Source: Deltaproteobacteria bacterium
GTDB lineage: Bacteria; Desulfobacterota; BSN033; UBA1163
Assembly (NCBI GenBank): GCA_018333535.1
Contig: JAGXTA010000071.1
Span: 35,100-99,099 of the forward strand
Reading direction: 5' to 3'
DNA: 64,000 nt
A program made the position numbers and the translations under genes. The notes below the pieces were generated by a model. That model was not told the DNA's origin, made no database searches, and worked only from the letters and a program-made list of their open reading frames with translations. Shown in pieces: positions 46,833-56,533 of the stretch. How positions within the stretch are numbered: position 1 is the first letter of the stretch; each line of letters opens with the position of its first letter.

Positions 46833-49800
46833 ATGAAAAAGTTTTTCTTAATGATCTTATCACTTGTCTTATTCATTCCATTTCAGGTCTCTGCCCAGGA
46901 TGACCTCTTCCAAATCAAAACTCCAAATGTGATGATCATCTTCGACACTTCCAACTCGATGGACCAAAAGCCTGATGGATGGTCACAGGGCTCTGGTAAT
47001 GTGAGGGTTGATAGCGAGGGCAAAATTGTTAGCGCTCCGAATGGGACAGTATATAATTTCGAAGGAGGGGGTAATCATCCGAATAGCAAACTTTATCAAG
47101 CAAAGTTGGCCTTAAAGGAGATCATTGATACGGTCGTGAAAGACAGGGTCAATTTAGGTTTTTCCACTTATGCTCAATTGAAAACAGAAAATAGACGTGG
47201 TTATTATAAAAGAGACAAGCGTAATTACAAGGCAGATGAGTGGAGGTGGGATAAACTTTACTGGAGATTCAATAATTATAAGCATACCTATACGGCGACG
47301 AGTTTTTCATCGAACAGTTTTAAAGATTTTACTGGGTATACCCATACGGGTGTGAGCAAAAATTATACTTTCTCCTATTCCCATACTTTCCATAATTCGA
47401 AAAAAAACAATAACAAGAATGAACCCCCACCCCATCCCCCCGGAACTTACACCGCTAATTTAAAATATACTGTTACCAATATTGTCTATAATGCGGAATA
47501 TAACTGGTATACCTATTCTTACGAATCGGATGCGCACGATCATTATGAGGGGCAAAATCTATCCAAGTTTAAGACCAGCGATGCTCTGATCGATTGCAAA
47601 TCCGAGTTCCCAAAAGATTGGCCATCAGGAGGTTGGAAGACCTACCACCCAGGAGATAGCGAATATGATGCCAACCCAACAAAATGGGAGTGCAAAGGTC
47701 CAACAAAGATAGCTGGTTATGATTACTGGACAGTCCAGTGGACGTGGTTACCATTTAATAACTCTACAAGTTGCCCATCCACCTCTGGTTCAGATAATTT
47801 GACAGATCCCGATCCAAATAATCAATACACGAAATGGTATCTGGTGGATCCAAACGACCCTGCCCTCTCATCGACGCATACGGTGAAGGTGACTCAGAAG
47901 AATTGTTACGATTGGTCAACCTACTATTATCCTGCGGATGGGTCGACCAATAAACCCCATACCTGGAGCTATTTTAAGATTAGCGGTGGAACCTGGCAAG
48001 TAAACAATCAAACCCCCAATTACTACCCTTCAAAGGATGGTTCCGGAAAGTTTAATAACACCCCGGGTGCATTCGATAACCACTTTTTCTTCGTCAACTT
48101 CCCTGACGATAAGGACTCAAATTTTAAGGATTCTGACAGAACCGTCAATAAAAATTTGATTAACTCATTCTTAGATTTAAACCCCGTTCAGAGCCCTGAG
48201 ACCGGAAGATATTGGACAAAATTGCCAATTCATGAGAGTTATGGAAAAAAGGGTTTGACATCAAATACACAGGCCTCCACATCAACTCCACTTGCAGACT
48301 CCCTGGCATGGTCTTTTTTATACTTCAATGACTACATCTTTAATTATAACGGGGGCGATTCATCCAGTCAGGAAAAGTTTGGTGAGACACTATGTCGTGG
48401 GAATTACGTCATTCTTCTCACCGATGGCCTGGAGAGTTGCAGGCTCAAAGGGGGTCTTCCGGACTACGATGCAGCTCCCCAGGAGGCTGCCAACCTGCTG
48501 GGTATTAATGTCAAAACATTTGTCATCGGCTTCGGAGAGGATATCGTCGGGAATCAGGCCCTCAAAAACATCGCAGTGGCTGGCGGAACCGAAAAGGCTT
48601 ACTTCGCCGCTAATATTAATGAGTTAAAAGCGGCCCTCGCTTCTATTTTTCAAGCCATTACCGGTCAGTATTATGGGAGGTCCAATCCCGTCATCACCCG
48701 GGCAAGGGACCGCCTCTACAGAGGCAATTTCGATATTCGGGATGGAGACTATCTGGGCCATCTGATGGCATGGGATGCGGACAAGCAGACCGGCGTTCTT
48801 GCCCCTGATTTTGCGTGGGATTCCGGCGAAGAGATCACGAAAGCCGGAAGGGGAGTGGTTTATACCTGGACCGATGAAGGGCTAAACCCCACCAGAAAAG
48901 AATTTAAAGTGAGTGAATCCTCCCTTTACCCATTTGTCAACCCGTTGAATGAGGATATCGACGGAGACCTGGATGTTGACAGCGACGATGCTAAAACAGT
49001 GATAAATTTTACCCTGCTTCCGGAATATGACAGCGGAAAGTATAAAGGGAAGAGGGCGCTCAATGTGGATATAAAGGGGACGGCTTACCCCTCCTGGAAA
49101 TTAGGCGACATTTACCACTCCACGCCTGTGGTCATAGGAGAGCCCGCCTTCTTATTCAAAGATAATGATTACACCGCATTCTACAATACGAATAAGAACC
49201 GCGAGATGATGATTTATGTGGGCGCCAATGATGGGATGCTCCATGGATTCAAAAATAGCGATGGGAGAGAGCTTTTTTCCATCATTCCTAAAAATCTCCT
49301 TGGAAAGTTGAAAGATTTGAGATCGACCCATGATTTCTATGTCGATTCAAGCCCCAAAGCTTATGATGTCTATTTTACGAGCGAATCAAAATGGAAGACC
49401 GTTCTCATCTCAGGACAAAGAGGCGGGGGAGCCTACTATTTTGCCGCCGATGTCACCAAGCCGAATGATCCCAAGATCCTCTGGGAATTGACCCACGGCA
49501 ATATGGGCGATACATGGGCCAAGCCTGATATCGGAAAGATCAAGGACGGAGGGGATACAAAATTTGCGGCCTTCTTGGCAGGCGGTTACTCCACCACAGA
49601 CAACAAAGGAAACAGCTTCTACATTGTCGATATCGAAACAGGAACAATCCTCAAAAGTTTTACAGTAGGAAACGCTACAAATAAGATCCCTTCAAACGTG
49701 ACCGCCTATGACGCCGACGAAGACGGATATATTGACTATATCTACTTCGGGGATATCCAGGGGACCCTCTGGAAGGTGGATGTCCGGAGCTCTAATAAAA

Positions 49801-50378
49801 ATGACTGGACTCTCTATGAGTTTTTCAAACCGGTCAACCCGAAATTGAGGCCCATCTTTTACTCCCCGGCGGTAGTGAAAAACAACGAAGGAAAGATCCT
49901 TGTCTTCTTCGGGAGCGGCAATGAATTGGGATTGACCACATTGACCACAAATTATTTCTATGAGATTGAAGATGAGGGAGCAACGGGAAAGGAGAGCTGG
50001 AGCAAGACCCTGGAGGACGGAGAGAAGGTCCTTGCCTCTCCTGCGGTGCTCAATAATGTCGTCTACTTTACCACATGGGTCTATAAGTCAAGCGGAGAAT
50101 TCTGTGGCGCAGGCGAGGGAAGACTCTGGGGATTGAAGGTTTCGAAATTAGGTGAAAAGGGCGGAGGCGCCGGTCTGGTCACCCTGGACACGGACACTGG
50201 GAAGTGGAAGGCTCCACAGGAGTATATTTCACTTGGAGCAGGGATCCCTTCGGCCCCGGTCGTCACAAACGGAATGGTCTATATCGGCACAAGCTTGAAT
50301 GCCAACAGGGTCATTCAGGTTCCCATTCCGCCACAGGCTGTGGCAAGGATCAAATCCTGGAGAGAAGTGGTGAGATAA
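46833..50378 (+). CDS. pilY1: PilY1-like pilus tip adhesin, copy 2 (1180+ aa)
   Basis: An AGGAGG RBS precedes it. It has a signal peptide, IIFDTSNSM, and C-terminal propeller motifs shared with copy 1. Confidence 0.8.
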   Translation: MKKFFLMILSLVLFIPFQVSAQDDLFQIKTPNVMIIFDTSNSMDQKPDGWSQGSGNVRVDSEGKIVSAPNGTVYNFEGGGNHPNSKLYQAKLALKEIIDTVVKDRVNLGFSTYAQLKTENRRGYYKRDKRNYKADEWRWDKLYWRFNNYKHTYTATSFSSNSFKDFTGYTHTGVSKNYTFSYSHTFHNSKKNNNKNEPPPHPPGTYTANLKYTVTNIVYNAEYNWYTYSYESDAHDHYEGQNLSKFKTSDALIDCKSEFPKDWPSGGWKTYHPGDSEYDANPTKWECKGPTKIAGYDYWTVQWTWLPFNNSTSCPSTSGSDNLTDPDPNNQYTKWYLVDPNDPALSSTHTVKVTQKNCYDWSTYYYPADGSTNKPHTWSYFKISGGTWQVNNQTPNYYPSKDGSGKFNNTPGAFDNHFFFVNFPDDKDSNFKDSDRTVNKNLINSFLDLNPVQSPETGRYWTKLPIHESYGKKGLTSNTQASTSTPLADSLAWSFLYFNDYIFNYNGGDSSSQEKFGETLCRGNYVILLTDGLESCRLKGGLPDYDAAPQEAANLLGINVKTFVIGFGEDIVGNQALKNIAVAGGTEKAYFAANINELKAALASIFQAITGQYYGRSNPVITRARDRLYRGNFDIRDGDYLGHLMAWDADKQTGVLAPDFAWDSGEEITKAGRGVVYTWTDEGLNPTRKEFKVSESSLYPFVNPLNEDIDGDLDVDSDDAKTVINFTLLPEYDSGKYKGKRALNVDIKGTAYPSWKLGDIYHSTPVVIGEPAFLFKDNDYTAFYNTNKNREMMIYVGANDGMLHGFKNSDGRELFSIIPKNLLGKLKDLRSTHDFYVDSSPKAYDVYFTSESKWKTVLISGQRGGGAYYFAADVTKPNDPKILWELTHGNMGDTWAKPDIGKIKDGGDTKFAAFLAGGYSTTDNKGNSFYIVDIETGTILKSFTVGNATNKIPSNVTAYDADEDGYIDYIYFGDIQGTLWKVDVRSSNKNDWTLYEFFKPVNPKLRPIFYSPAVVKNNEGKILVFFGSGNELGLTTLTTNYFYEIEDEGATGKESWSKTLEDGEKVLASPAVLNNVVYFTTWVYKSSGEFCGAGEGRLWGLKVSKLGEKGGGAGLVTLDTDTGKWKAPQEYISLGAGIPSAPVVTNGMVYIGTSLNANRVIQVPIPPQAVARIKSWREVVR

Positions 50379-50389
50379 AACAGATTGTG

Positions 50390-50510
50390 TAAAACGGTAA
50401 CGGTTAAGATGCCCGTATCGTTAATAAAAGGTTACGTCTGTCGTCTTCTAATTTCTTAGACGTAACCTTAACCGATCACCGAAACGGGCTTCGTAGCCGT
50501 AACCTTTTTA
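50390..50510. repeat. MITE-like palindromic element copy
   Basis: It reads GGTTAAGATGCCCGTATCG ... AGGTTACGTCT-loop-AGACGTAACCT ... CGAAACGGGCTTCGTAGCCGTAACC. Confidence 0.6.
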
Positions 50511-50516
50511 AGACTC

Positions 50517-51506
50517 TTATTTCTGGAGTTGTTGCAGTCTTCTGATTCTCTCCTGAGCCTCAGAAAAAGATTGGTCCAGCTTTAAAGCTTGATTAAAGGT
50601 TTCGATGGCCTGAGAAAACATTCCGCTGGCTTCATAGGCGAGCCCTAAGTTGAAGTGAAGCCTCGCCAGTTTTTCTCGGGTCAACCCTTGAATCTGAGAG
50701 GCTTCTTTAAAGCATTGAATCGCCTGGGCGCTGTCCCCCTTCTCAAGAAAACAACTTCCAAGCATGAGGTAGCAGTCAAATTTGATCGCAGGATTCGAGG
50801 CGGCTAATTCAAACTCTGAGATGGCATAGTCAAAGAGCTCCATCTCCTTATAAGCGATCCCCAGATGATAGTGCATTTCCGAATCCTTGTCAGAGGGGGG
50901 AACTTCAGCCCCGCTATAAAGGGGTAAATTCTGAGATTCGAGGACTGAAGAGGGAAAAAGATCGGATTTATCATCGAAGGGTTTTATCTCTTCAGGTGAT
51001 GGAAAAGCCGCAGGAGAAGGAACCTCAACCGCCGGCATTGTTTTAGGGATATCCTTGGAGATATTTCTGAGGATATCTCTGGATTGCGGCGGTGCATCAG
51101 AGCCCCTCAGTGCTTTTTTCGCCTCCGGGTCATCGGGTTTTAACTCCAGGACGCTCAGGTAATAGTTTTTGGCATCTCCCGATAACCCTTCCTTGAGATA
51201 TAACCCTGCAATTTTATGAAGAGCATCAATGTGTTTTGGATTGATGGCGAGAACTTTTTTATAGATGGAGATTGCTCGCGAATTAAGATCTTCTTCCTCA
51301 TAAAGCTCTGCCAATGTCAAATATTCTGCGATCGCTTTCTCATTTTCCCCATTCCTATAATAGAGATCGCCCAGTTTTAAATAGAGGCGCGTATCTTTGG
51401 GGTCGGCCTCGATCAGTTTAATATATTCCACGATCGCCTTCTTGGGCTGGCCCTTCATGATTAATTTCTGAGCAAGGTCTAAAGTCTTCTCTTTATCGAA
51501 TGCCAA
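50517..51506 (-). CDS. TPR-repeat protein (PilF/Tgl-like candidate)
   Basis: It has at least six TPR units across 329 aa and lies between the pilY1 and mgl modules. Confidence 0.6.
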   Translation of the reverse strand: MAFDKEKTLDLAQKLIMKGQPKKAIVEYIKLIEADPKDTRLYLKLGDLYYRNGENEKAIAEYLTLAELYEEEDLNSRAISIYKKVLAINPKHIDALHKIAGLYLKEGLSGDAKNYYLSVLELKPDDPEAKKALRGSDAPPQSRDILRNISKDIPKTMPAVEVPSPAAFPSPEEIKPFDDKSDLFPSSVLESQNLPLYSGAEVPPSDKDSEMHYHLGIAYKEMELFDYAISEFELAASNPAIKFDCYLMLGSCFLEKGDSAQAIQCFKEASQIQGLTREKLARLHFNLGLAYEASGMFSQAIETFNQALKLDQSFSEAQERIRRLQQLQK

Positions 51507-51719
51507 AAGGGTCCCTCTTCTTTAAAGCATTTATTATCCAGAGCATGAAACGATTCGCATTTTGTAGCGCAAAATTTCAGTCCCGCCAATGGCGGGACGC
51601 TACGTCCTCCCTTAGATTCAAATAATACCACGCTCTCCTTAATAATTCAAAACTTAATCAAAGAACCCAAAAAAGTCAAGTTTTTAGAAAATTCCATAGA
51701 AGTCTTTGGGTTAATGGTA

Positions 51720-51860
51720 AGGGCAATGAGGCCTGTTTTAAACGATGAACGATGGACAATGAACCATGAAAAAATAGGCTGATAAACAGTTCATCGTTTA
51801 ACGTTTAACGTTCATTGTTCCTGACGGGCTTCGTCACCATAACCGTAACCCCAGAACCAT
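51720..51860. repeat. MITE-like palindromic element copy (AACGATGAACGATGGACAATGAACC ... ending GACGGGCTTCGTCACCATAACCGTAACC)
   Basis: It has the same core and terminus as the copy at 9840-9960. Confidence 0.55.
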
Positions 51861-52147
51861 ATCTATCTTCATTGTTGAGGAGAACCCCAATTAGGGAAAA
51901 GTGCCTACAATAATATCGAACATGAGACGAGAAGTAAATGATTCATTTTCGTAAGTCTTCGTAGAAATTTCTTTCCAGGTGGATAAATATTGACCAATTT
52001 TCAACCATTCATTATAATAGAGGCAATCGTATTTCGTGAAATTCATGAGACATTCTAATAGATTAAGTGATTAAGATATTTAATGCTTTTGGCACTTATT
52101 TTGCTTATTAACTTTCCGATAGGTGACGGACTCGCAAAAAGTAAAAA

Positions 52148-52250
52148 TTTCCTCATCTTGTCATTCCCGCGAAAGCGGGAATCCAGTAAAATAAAGAAGT
52201 TCTGGACTCCTGCTGGAGTTTATCCCGATGAAAATCGGGGCAGGAGTGAC
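52148..52250. repeat. palindromic repeat unit GTCATTCCCGCGAAAGCGGGAATCCAG ... CTGGACTCCTGC...GCAGGAGTGACG
   Basis: It has two hairpins with complementary termini. A related copy lies inside 34325-34420. Confidence 0.55.
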
Positions 52251-52312
52251 GGTTTTGTGGGTTTTTACGAGATCATAATAGCTAAAAATATAGCTCATCG
52301 GAAAGATTAATC

Positions 52313-53002
52313 ATGGTTAAGAATTTAAAAAAGGTTTTGATTGTTGATGATGAAGAGACATTGACATGGAGCATGTCGAAAAGCCTTTCCAAAGACAGGG
52401 ATAAATACGAGGTGCTCATTGCCAATAATGGAAAAGAAGCCCTGAACCAATTTAAGAAGAATGATATCGATCTGGTTATTTCTGACATTCGAATGCCCGA
52501 TGTCAATGGGCTGGATCTGCTGGTGAAAGTGAAGAAAGAATATCCGAAGATCAAGTTCATTATCATGACCGCTTATGGGTCCTCGGATGTTCAGAAAGAG
52601 GCGAATCGCCGGGGAGCAATTGTTTATATTGAGAAACCCTTTGAAATAAACGACATCCGGAAGATCATCATCGATCATATCGGAAAAAAGAAGGGGTTTC
52701 GGGGCACGGTGGTGGGTCTTCAATTGACCGATGTGATTCAGATGAATTGCCTTAGCCGCTTGACCACTGCATTGACCGTGACCAAAGATGGAGAAAAGGG
52801 AACGATCTATTTAAATGAGGGAGAAGTCATTCATGCGGAATGTGGGAGTCAGAAAGGGACGGATGCTTTTTACCATATTCTAAGCTGGCAGGAGGGGGAA
52901 TTTACTTTTAACATGGGAGTGACGCCTCCGATGCAGACAATCTATCAGAACTGGGAGCATCTGCTCATGGAAGGCATGCGAAGGAATGATGAAAAGATAT
53001 AA
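52313..53002 (+). CDS. response-regulator receiver fused to a PATAN (DUF4388-like) domain
   Basis: The REC domain has VLIVDDEE and an acceptor Asp in DLVISDIRMP. The C-terminus (GTVVGLQLTDVIQMNC...GTIYLNEGEVIHAE...DAFYHILSWQEGEFTF) is typical of PATAN domains found with MglA GTPases. Confidence 0.6.
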   Translation: MVKNLKKVLIVDDEETLTWSMSKSLSKDRDKYEVLIANNGKEALNQFKKNDIDLVISDIRMPDVNGLDLLVKVKKEYPKIKFIIMTAYGSSDVQKEANRRGAIVYIEKPFEINDIRKIIIDHIGKKKGFRGTVVGLQLTDVIQMNCLSRLTTALTVTKDGEKGTIYLNEGEVIHAECGSQKGTDAFYHILSWQEGEFTFNMGVTPPMQTIYQNWEHLLMEGMRRNDEKI

Positions 53003-53107
53003 AGAGATTTCTGAAAAAGTCCACAAATCTCTGATTACACGGATCAGGTAAGGATTACACAGAAGAGCGGAAGGTTGTTTTTCAGAGCTCTCTTGTAAAG
53101 GAAATCG

Positions 53108-53548
53108 ATGAACATCATCATCACAAGGGAAGATTTGAAAAAGATCACCTTTTTTTTGGACAAGGTGGTTACTTCTTCCCTTGCCCATTCGGTCCTGTTG
53201 ATCGATCGATCCGGACAGCTGATTGCCCAATACGGAGACAATCTGGAGATTGATGTTCTGTCTCTTTCCGCGCTGACCGCAGCAAACTTCGGAGCTACGG
53301 CTGAGATCGCCAAGATTCTTGGTGAAGAGGAATTCACGCTTCTTTTCCATAAAGGGAAGAGCGAAAATGTCTACTTCACCGCCGTTGGCGAACATGTCAT
53401 TATGGTCACCCTTTTCGACGATAAGACCTCTCTGGGCCTGATCAGGCTGCGAATTAATCAGATTGCCGACGAGCTTTCAAATGCCCTCGTCTCGATCTTT
53501 AAGGAGAAAAAGGAAATCCCTATTTTGGAGCCGCAGCAGCTTTTATAG
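53108..53548 (+). CDS. mglB: Roadblock/LC7-domain protein, MglB-like GAP
   Basis: It is 146 aa with the Roadblock pattern (SVLLIDRSGQLIAQYG...ALTAANFGA). It lies immediately upstream of mglA. Confidence 0.75.
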   Translation: MNIIITREDLKKITFFLDKVVTSSLAHSVLLIDRSGQLIAQYGDNLEIDVLSLSALTAANFGATAEIAKILGEEEFTLLFHKGKSENVYFTAVGEHVIMVTLFDDKTSLGLIRLRINQIADELSNALVSIFKEKKEIPILEPQQLL

Positions 53549-53567
53549 AAGAAGGAGAAACGGTTTC

Positions 53568-54194
53568 ATGCCTTTTATTAACTTCAGTAAAGACGAGATC
53601 CAATGCAAAATCGTCTATTACGGCGCCGGATTCTGCGGAAAGACTACGAATCTTCAGTATATTTTTGCGCAGATGGGCGAAGACAGCAAGGGGAAGATGG
53701 TTTCCATCGATACACGGGGAGATCGGACCCTCTTTTTCGATTTCCTATCCCTGAATTTAGGAAAGATTAGAGGGTTTGATGTCAGAGTTCAGCTTTATAC
53801 TGTTCCAGGACAGGTTCATTACGACGCCACCAGAAAATTGGTCCTAAAAGGGGTAGATGGCGTTGTTTTTGTCGCTGATTCGTTAAAGGTTCAGAGGAAG
53901 AAAAACATCGAAAGCCTTATCAATCTCGCAAAAAACCTGGCGGAGAAGGGCATCAGCATCCGAACGATTCCATTGGTCATCCAGTATAATAAACGGGACC
54001 TGGATGGGACGGATTCTGAGCTCCTTCCGGTTGAGACATTAGATAAAGATCTCAATTCCATGTTAAAAGTCCCATCCTTTTCTGCCAGCGCATTGAAAGG
54101 GGCGGGAGTGTTTGAGACCTTAAGGGAAATCAGCAAGTTGGTCGTGAAAGATGTAAGCCGAAAGATTATGCTCGTTGATCAACAAATACGTTGA
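53568..54194 (+). CDS. mglA: MglA-like Ras-family small GTPase
   Basis: It begins MPFINFSKDEIQCKIVYYGAGFCGKTTNLQYIF, which closely matches the MglA N-terminus and P-loop, and it has TVPGQ in switch II. A GAAGGAG RBS precedes it. Confidence 0.85.
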   Translation: MPFINFSKDEIQCKIVYYGAGFCGKTTNLQYIFAQMGEDSKGKMVSIDTRGDRTLFFDFLSLNLGKIRGFDVRVQLYTVPGQVHYDATRKLVLKGVDGVVFVADSLKVQRKKNIESLINLAKNLAEKGISIRTIPLVIQYNKRDLDGTDSELLPVETLDKDLNSMLKVPSFSASALKGAGVFETLREISKLVVKDVSRKIMLVDQQIR

Positions 54195-54211
54195 GCCTAA
54201 AGGGGAGATCG

Positions 54212-55357
54212 ATGACAGAAAAAACCATCGCAGAAGAGGATCTAAAAGGATTAGAAAAGGAGATCGATGCCGCTGTTGACAGGCTTTTTATAGAGAAGGG
54301 AAGAGAGCCAATGAAGAGCGCTCCAGTCAGCCCTCCGCCTCCCGATGTCTTTCAGGAGAGGAGAGAGGTCGAATGGGAAATGGTTCCGCCTGCTCCTTTG
54401 ACTCCTTCAGCTTCCAGCCCTCTTGAAAAATTGGAGACACAGCTCCTTTCACTGGAATGGGAGATCACCAAAGAGAATCTCGGAAGGACAGTGGAGGAAG
54501 TCCTCGCCCTGTGGAAGGGCTTTAAGGAGTCACCGGACATCTCCAGCGTATTAAATCGAATGGTCAGGGTATTAAATTATATGATCCAGAATGAAGAAGG
54601 AATTCAACCCCACCTCATTCGGTTTTTGCTCGATTCAAAGGAAACGCTTAAGCTTTTAATGAGATTGGAGGCAGAAGACAACCTCAACGTTTATAAGAAA
54701 TTGGCCCATGCCGGCATCGAGGCAAGATTTTCATGCCTGGAAGAGTTCCAGGAGGTCAAATCCAAACCCCCTTCTGTTAAAGTGGAAGCGCCTGAGGGGA
54801 AAGCAGAGCCTTCTCTGATGAAACCAGAATTGGTAGAAAAGATCATCCAGAGAATGGAGTCCTTCTCAGAAAGACTGAACGAAATGATAAAAACAATGAA
54901 TCAGCATCTATCCGCTCACGAAAGGCCGGCAGAAAGCCCTGGACCACGAATCGGGGATGGGAGTCCTTTGAAGACGAGAGTAACCGTCTTCAAAACAGGG
55001 GAGAAATTGTTCGGAGTTGAGAGCGATAAGGTCTTTAAACTATTCAAAGTTTCCAGTCCACATACTAAAAAAATGATTCAATCGGGGAATGTCCGACTAA
55101 AAGGGCTTGAGGTGAGGATGATCGATTTAGGGAATTTGTTTTCCATCTCCGGAATGGATCAGGAGGAAGAGCGGCAGGTGTTGATCCTTAAAGGGGACGG
55201 AGAATATAAAGGTCTGATGATGGATAGGGTTTTGAATCGGCTATACGGTTTTTTGGAGCAGGGAGGGGATTCCAGCGCCCATCTTCTGGGGATGATCCGC
55301 TGGACTTATGAAGATCTTCCTATGAAAATTCCCATTTTGGACTTTGAGAAACTTTAA
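54212..55357 (+). CDS. hypothetical protein with a C-terminal CheW-like domain
   Basis: The last roughly 130 aa (RVTVFKTGEKLFGVESDKV...VRLKGLEVRMIDLGNLF...RQVLILKGDGEYKGLMMDRVLN) follow the CheW-like pattern. The N-terminal half is Pro-rich and shows no recognisable motif. Confidence 0.45.
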   Translation: MTEKTIAEEDLKGLEKEIDAAVDRLFIEKGREPMKSAPVSPPPPDVFQERREVEWEMVPPAPLTPSASSPLEKLETQLLSLEWEITKENLGRTVEEVLALWKGFKESPDISSVLNRMVRVLNYMIQNEEGIQPHLIRFLLDSKETLKLLMRLEAEDNLNVYKKLAHAGIEARFSCLEEFQEVKSKPPSVKVEAPEGKAEPSLMKPELVEKIIQRMESFSERLNEMIKTMNQHLSAHERPAESPGPRIGDGSPLKTRVTVFKTGEKLFGVESDKVFKLFKVSSPHTKKMIQSGNVRLKGLEVRMIDLGNLFSISGMDQEEERQVLILKGDGEYKGLMMDRVLNRLYGFLEQGGDSSAHLLGMIRWTYEDLPMKIPILDFEKL

Positions 55358-55390
55358 GAGCTGGATCACCGGATAAGTCGGGATCGTTCG

Positions 55391-56533
55391 ATGACAGGAA
55401 GTATGGGCCAGGCAGAGAAGAGAGAGAGTGAAGGCGTACGGTTGAATCAGGCATTGGAAAGCAGCACAAATATCACCGAGAGCCTCATTGAAAGCATTGG
55501 GAGTGGAATTATTATTACCGAAATGAATGACACGATTACCTATATTAACCAGGCCGGGGAGAAGATATTGGGCTATTCGAAAGGGGAGGTCATCGGAAAA
55601 CCTTTTGGCCTTTTCGGATTAAATGAGAAGCTGAATGTTTCACACTCCTTTCTTGATCAATCCGATAACCTCGATACGAGAAGAGAAGGCCGGATGAATA
55701 GAAAGGAGGGGAACGAAATCCCTGTCGGATTTACGATCAATTACCACCTGAGCTTAAGCGGCGAAGCCATCGGGAAAATTATCATTTTTCGTGATCTGAC
55801 AAAGGTCTATCGAATTCAGGAAGAGATATTAAAGATGGATCGACTGGTCTCTCTTGGAAAACTGGCTTCCGGTATTGCGCATGAGATCCGCAACCCCCTC
55901 GCGGGGATAAAGACCACAGCCCAGGCGCTCGGTGAGGAGATGGGAAAGGAGGATCCGAAAAGGGAATATTTAAATCGCATCACGAAAGAGATCGATCGCT
56001 TAAATGAACTTCTCAAGACCTTCTTCTCTTTTGCTAAACCGCAGACGCTTCTTCTCGTTCCCTGTCATATCAAGGAGATCATCAATGCCATTATTCCGTT
56101 TCTCATCAAAGAGATTGCCGATAAAGGAATTCGGTTTGTGGAAACCTATCATCCGAAGCTTCCGAGGATAAGGGTTGATAAGATACAGATGCACCAGGCC
56201 TTTTTAAATCTCTTTTTGAACGCCATTCAGGCCATGCCTGGCGGAGGTGAGCTTAAAATTGAAGCGAACCCTGTGGTCATCCCTTCGTTGGATGGTTCCA
56301 TGCAGAATTATGTGAGGGTGGTTGTCTCGGATACAGGAAAAGGCATTCCTCCCCACATTCTTCCAAAGATTTTCGACCCTTTTTTTACGACCAAGCCCAA
56401 AGGGATTGGATTAGGTCTTTCCATCACCTATCAAATCATTAAGAAGCACGGAGGCACCATTAAAGTCGATAGCCAATGGGAAAAAGGAACTTCTTTTATC
56501 ATTAATTTGCCGGAGACATTTGAAAATTTATGA
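55391..56533 (+). CDS. cytoplasmic PAS-domain sensor histidine kinase (PilS2/NtrB-like)
   Basis: It has a PAS domain (ITYINQAGEKILGYSKGEVIGKPF), a HisKA box (ASGIAHEIRNPLAGI), N, G1 and G2 boxes, and no TM segment. Confidence 0.8.
   Translation: MTGSMGQAEKRESEGVRLNQALESSTNITESLIESIGSGIIITEMNDTITYINQAGEKILGYSKGEVIGKPFGLFGLNEKLNVSHSFLDQSDNLDTRREGRMNRKEGNEIPVGFTINYHLSLSGEAIGKIIIFRDLTKVYRIQEEILKMDRLVSLGKLASGIAHEIRNPLAGIKTTAQALGEEMGKEDPKREYLNRITKEIDRLNELLKTFFSFAKPQTLLLVPCHIKEIINAIIPFLIKEIADKGIRFVETYHPKLPRIRVDKIQMHQAFLNLFLNAIQAMPGGGELKIEANPVVIPSLDGSMQNYVRVVVSDTGKGIPPHILPKIFDPFFTTKPKGIGLGLSITYQIIKKHGGTIKVDSQWEKGTSFIINLPETFENL

Noticed and set aside
52083-52310. 75-aa ORF upstream of the REC-PATAN gene
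   Set aside because: It lies entirely over the palindromic repeat unit (GTCATTCCCGCGAAAGCGGGAATCCAG...). It has no RBS and odd composition.
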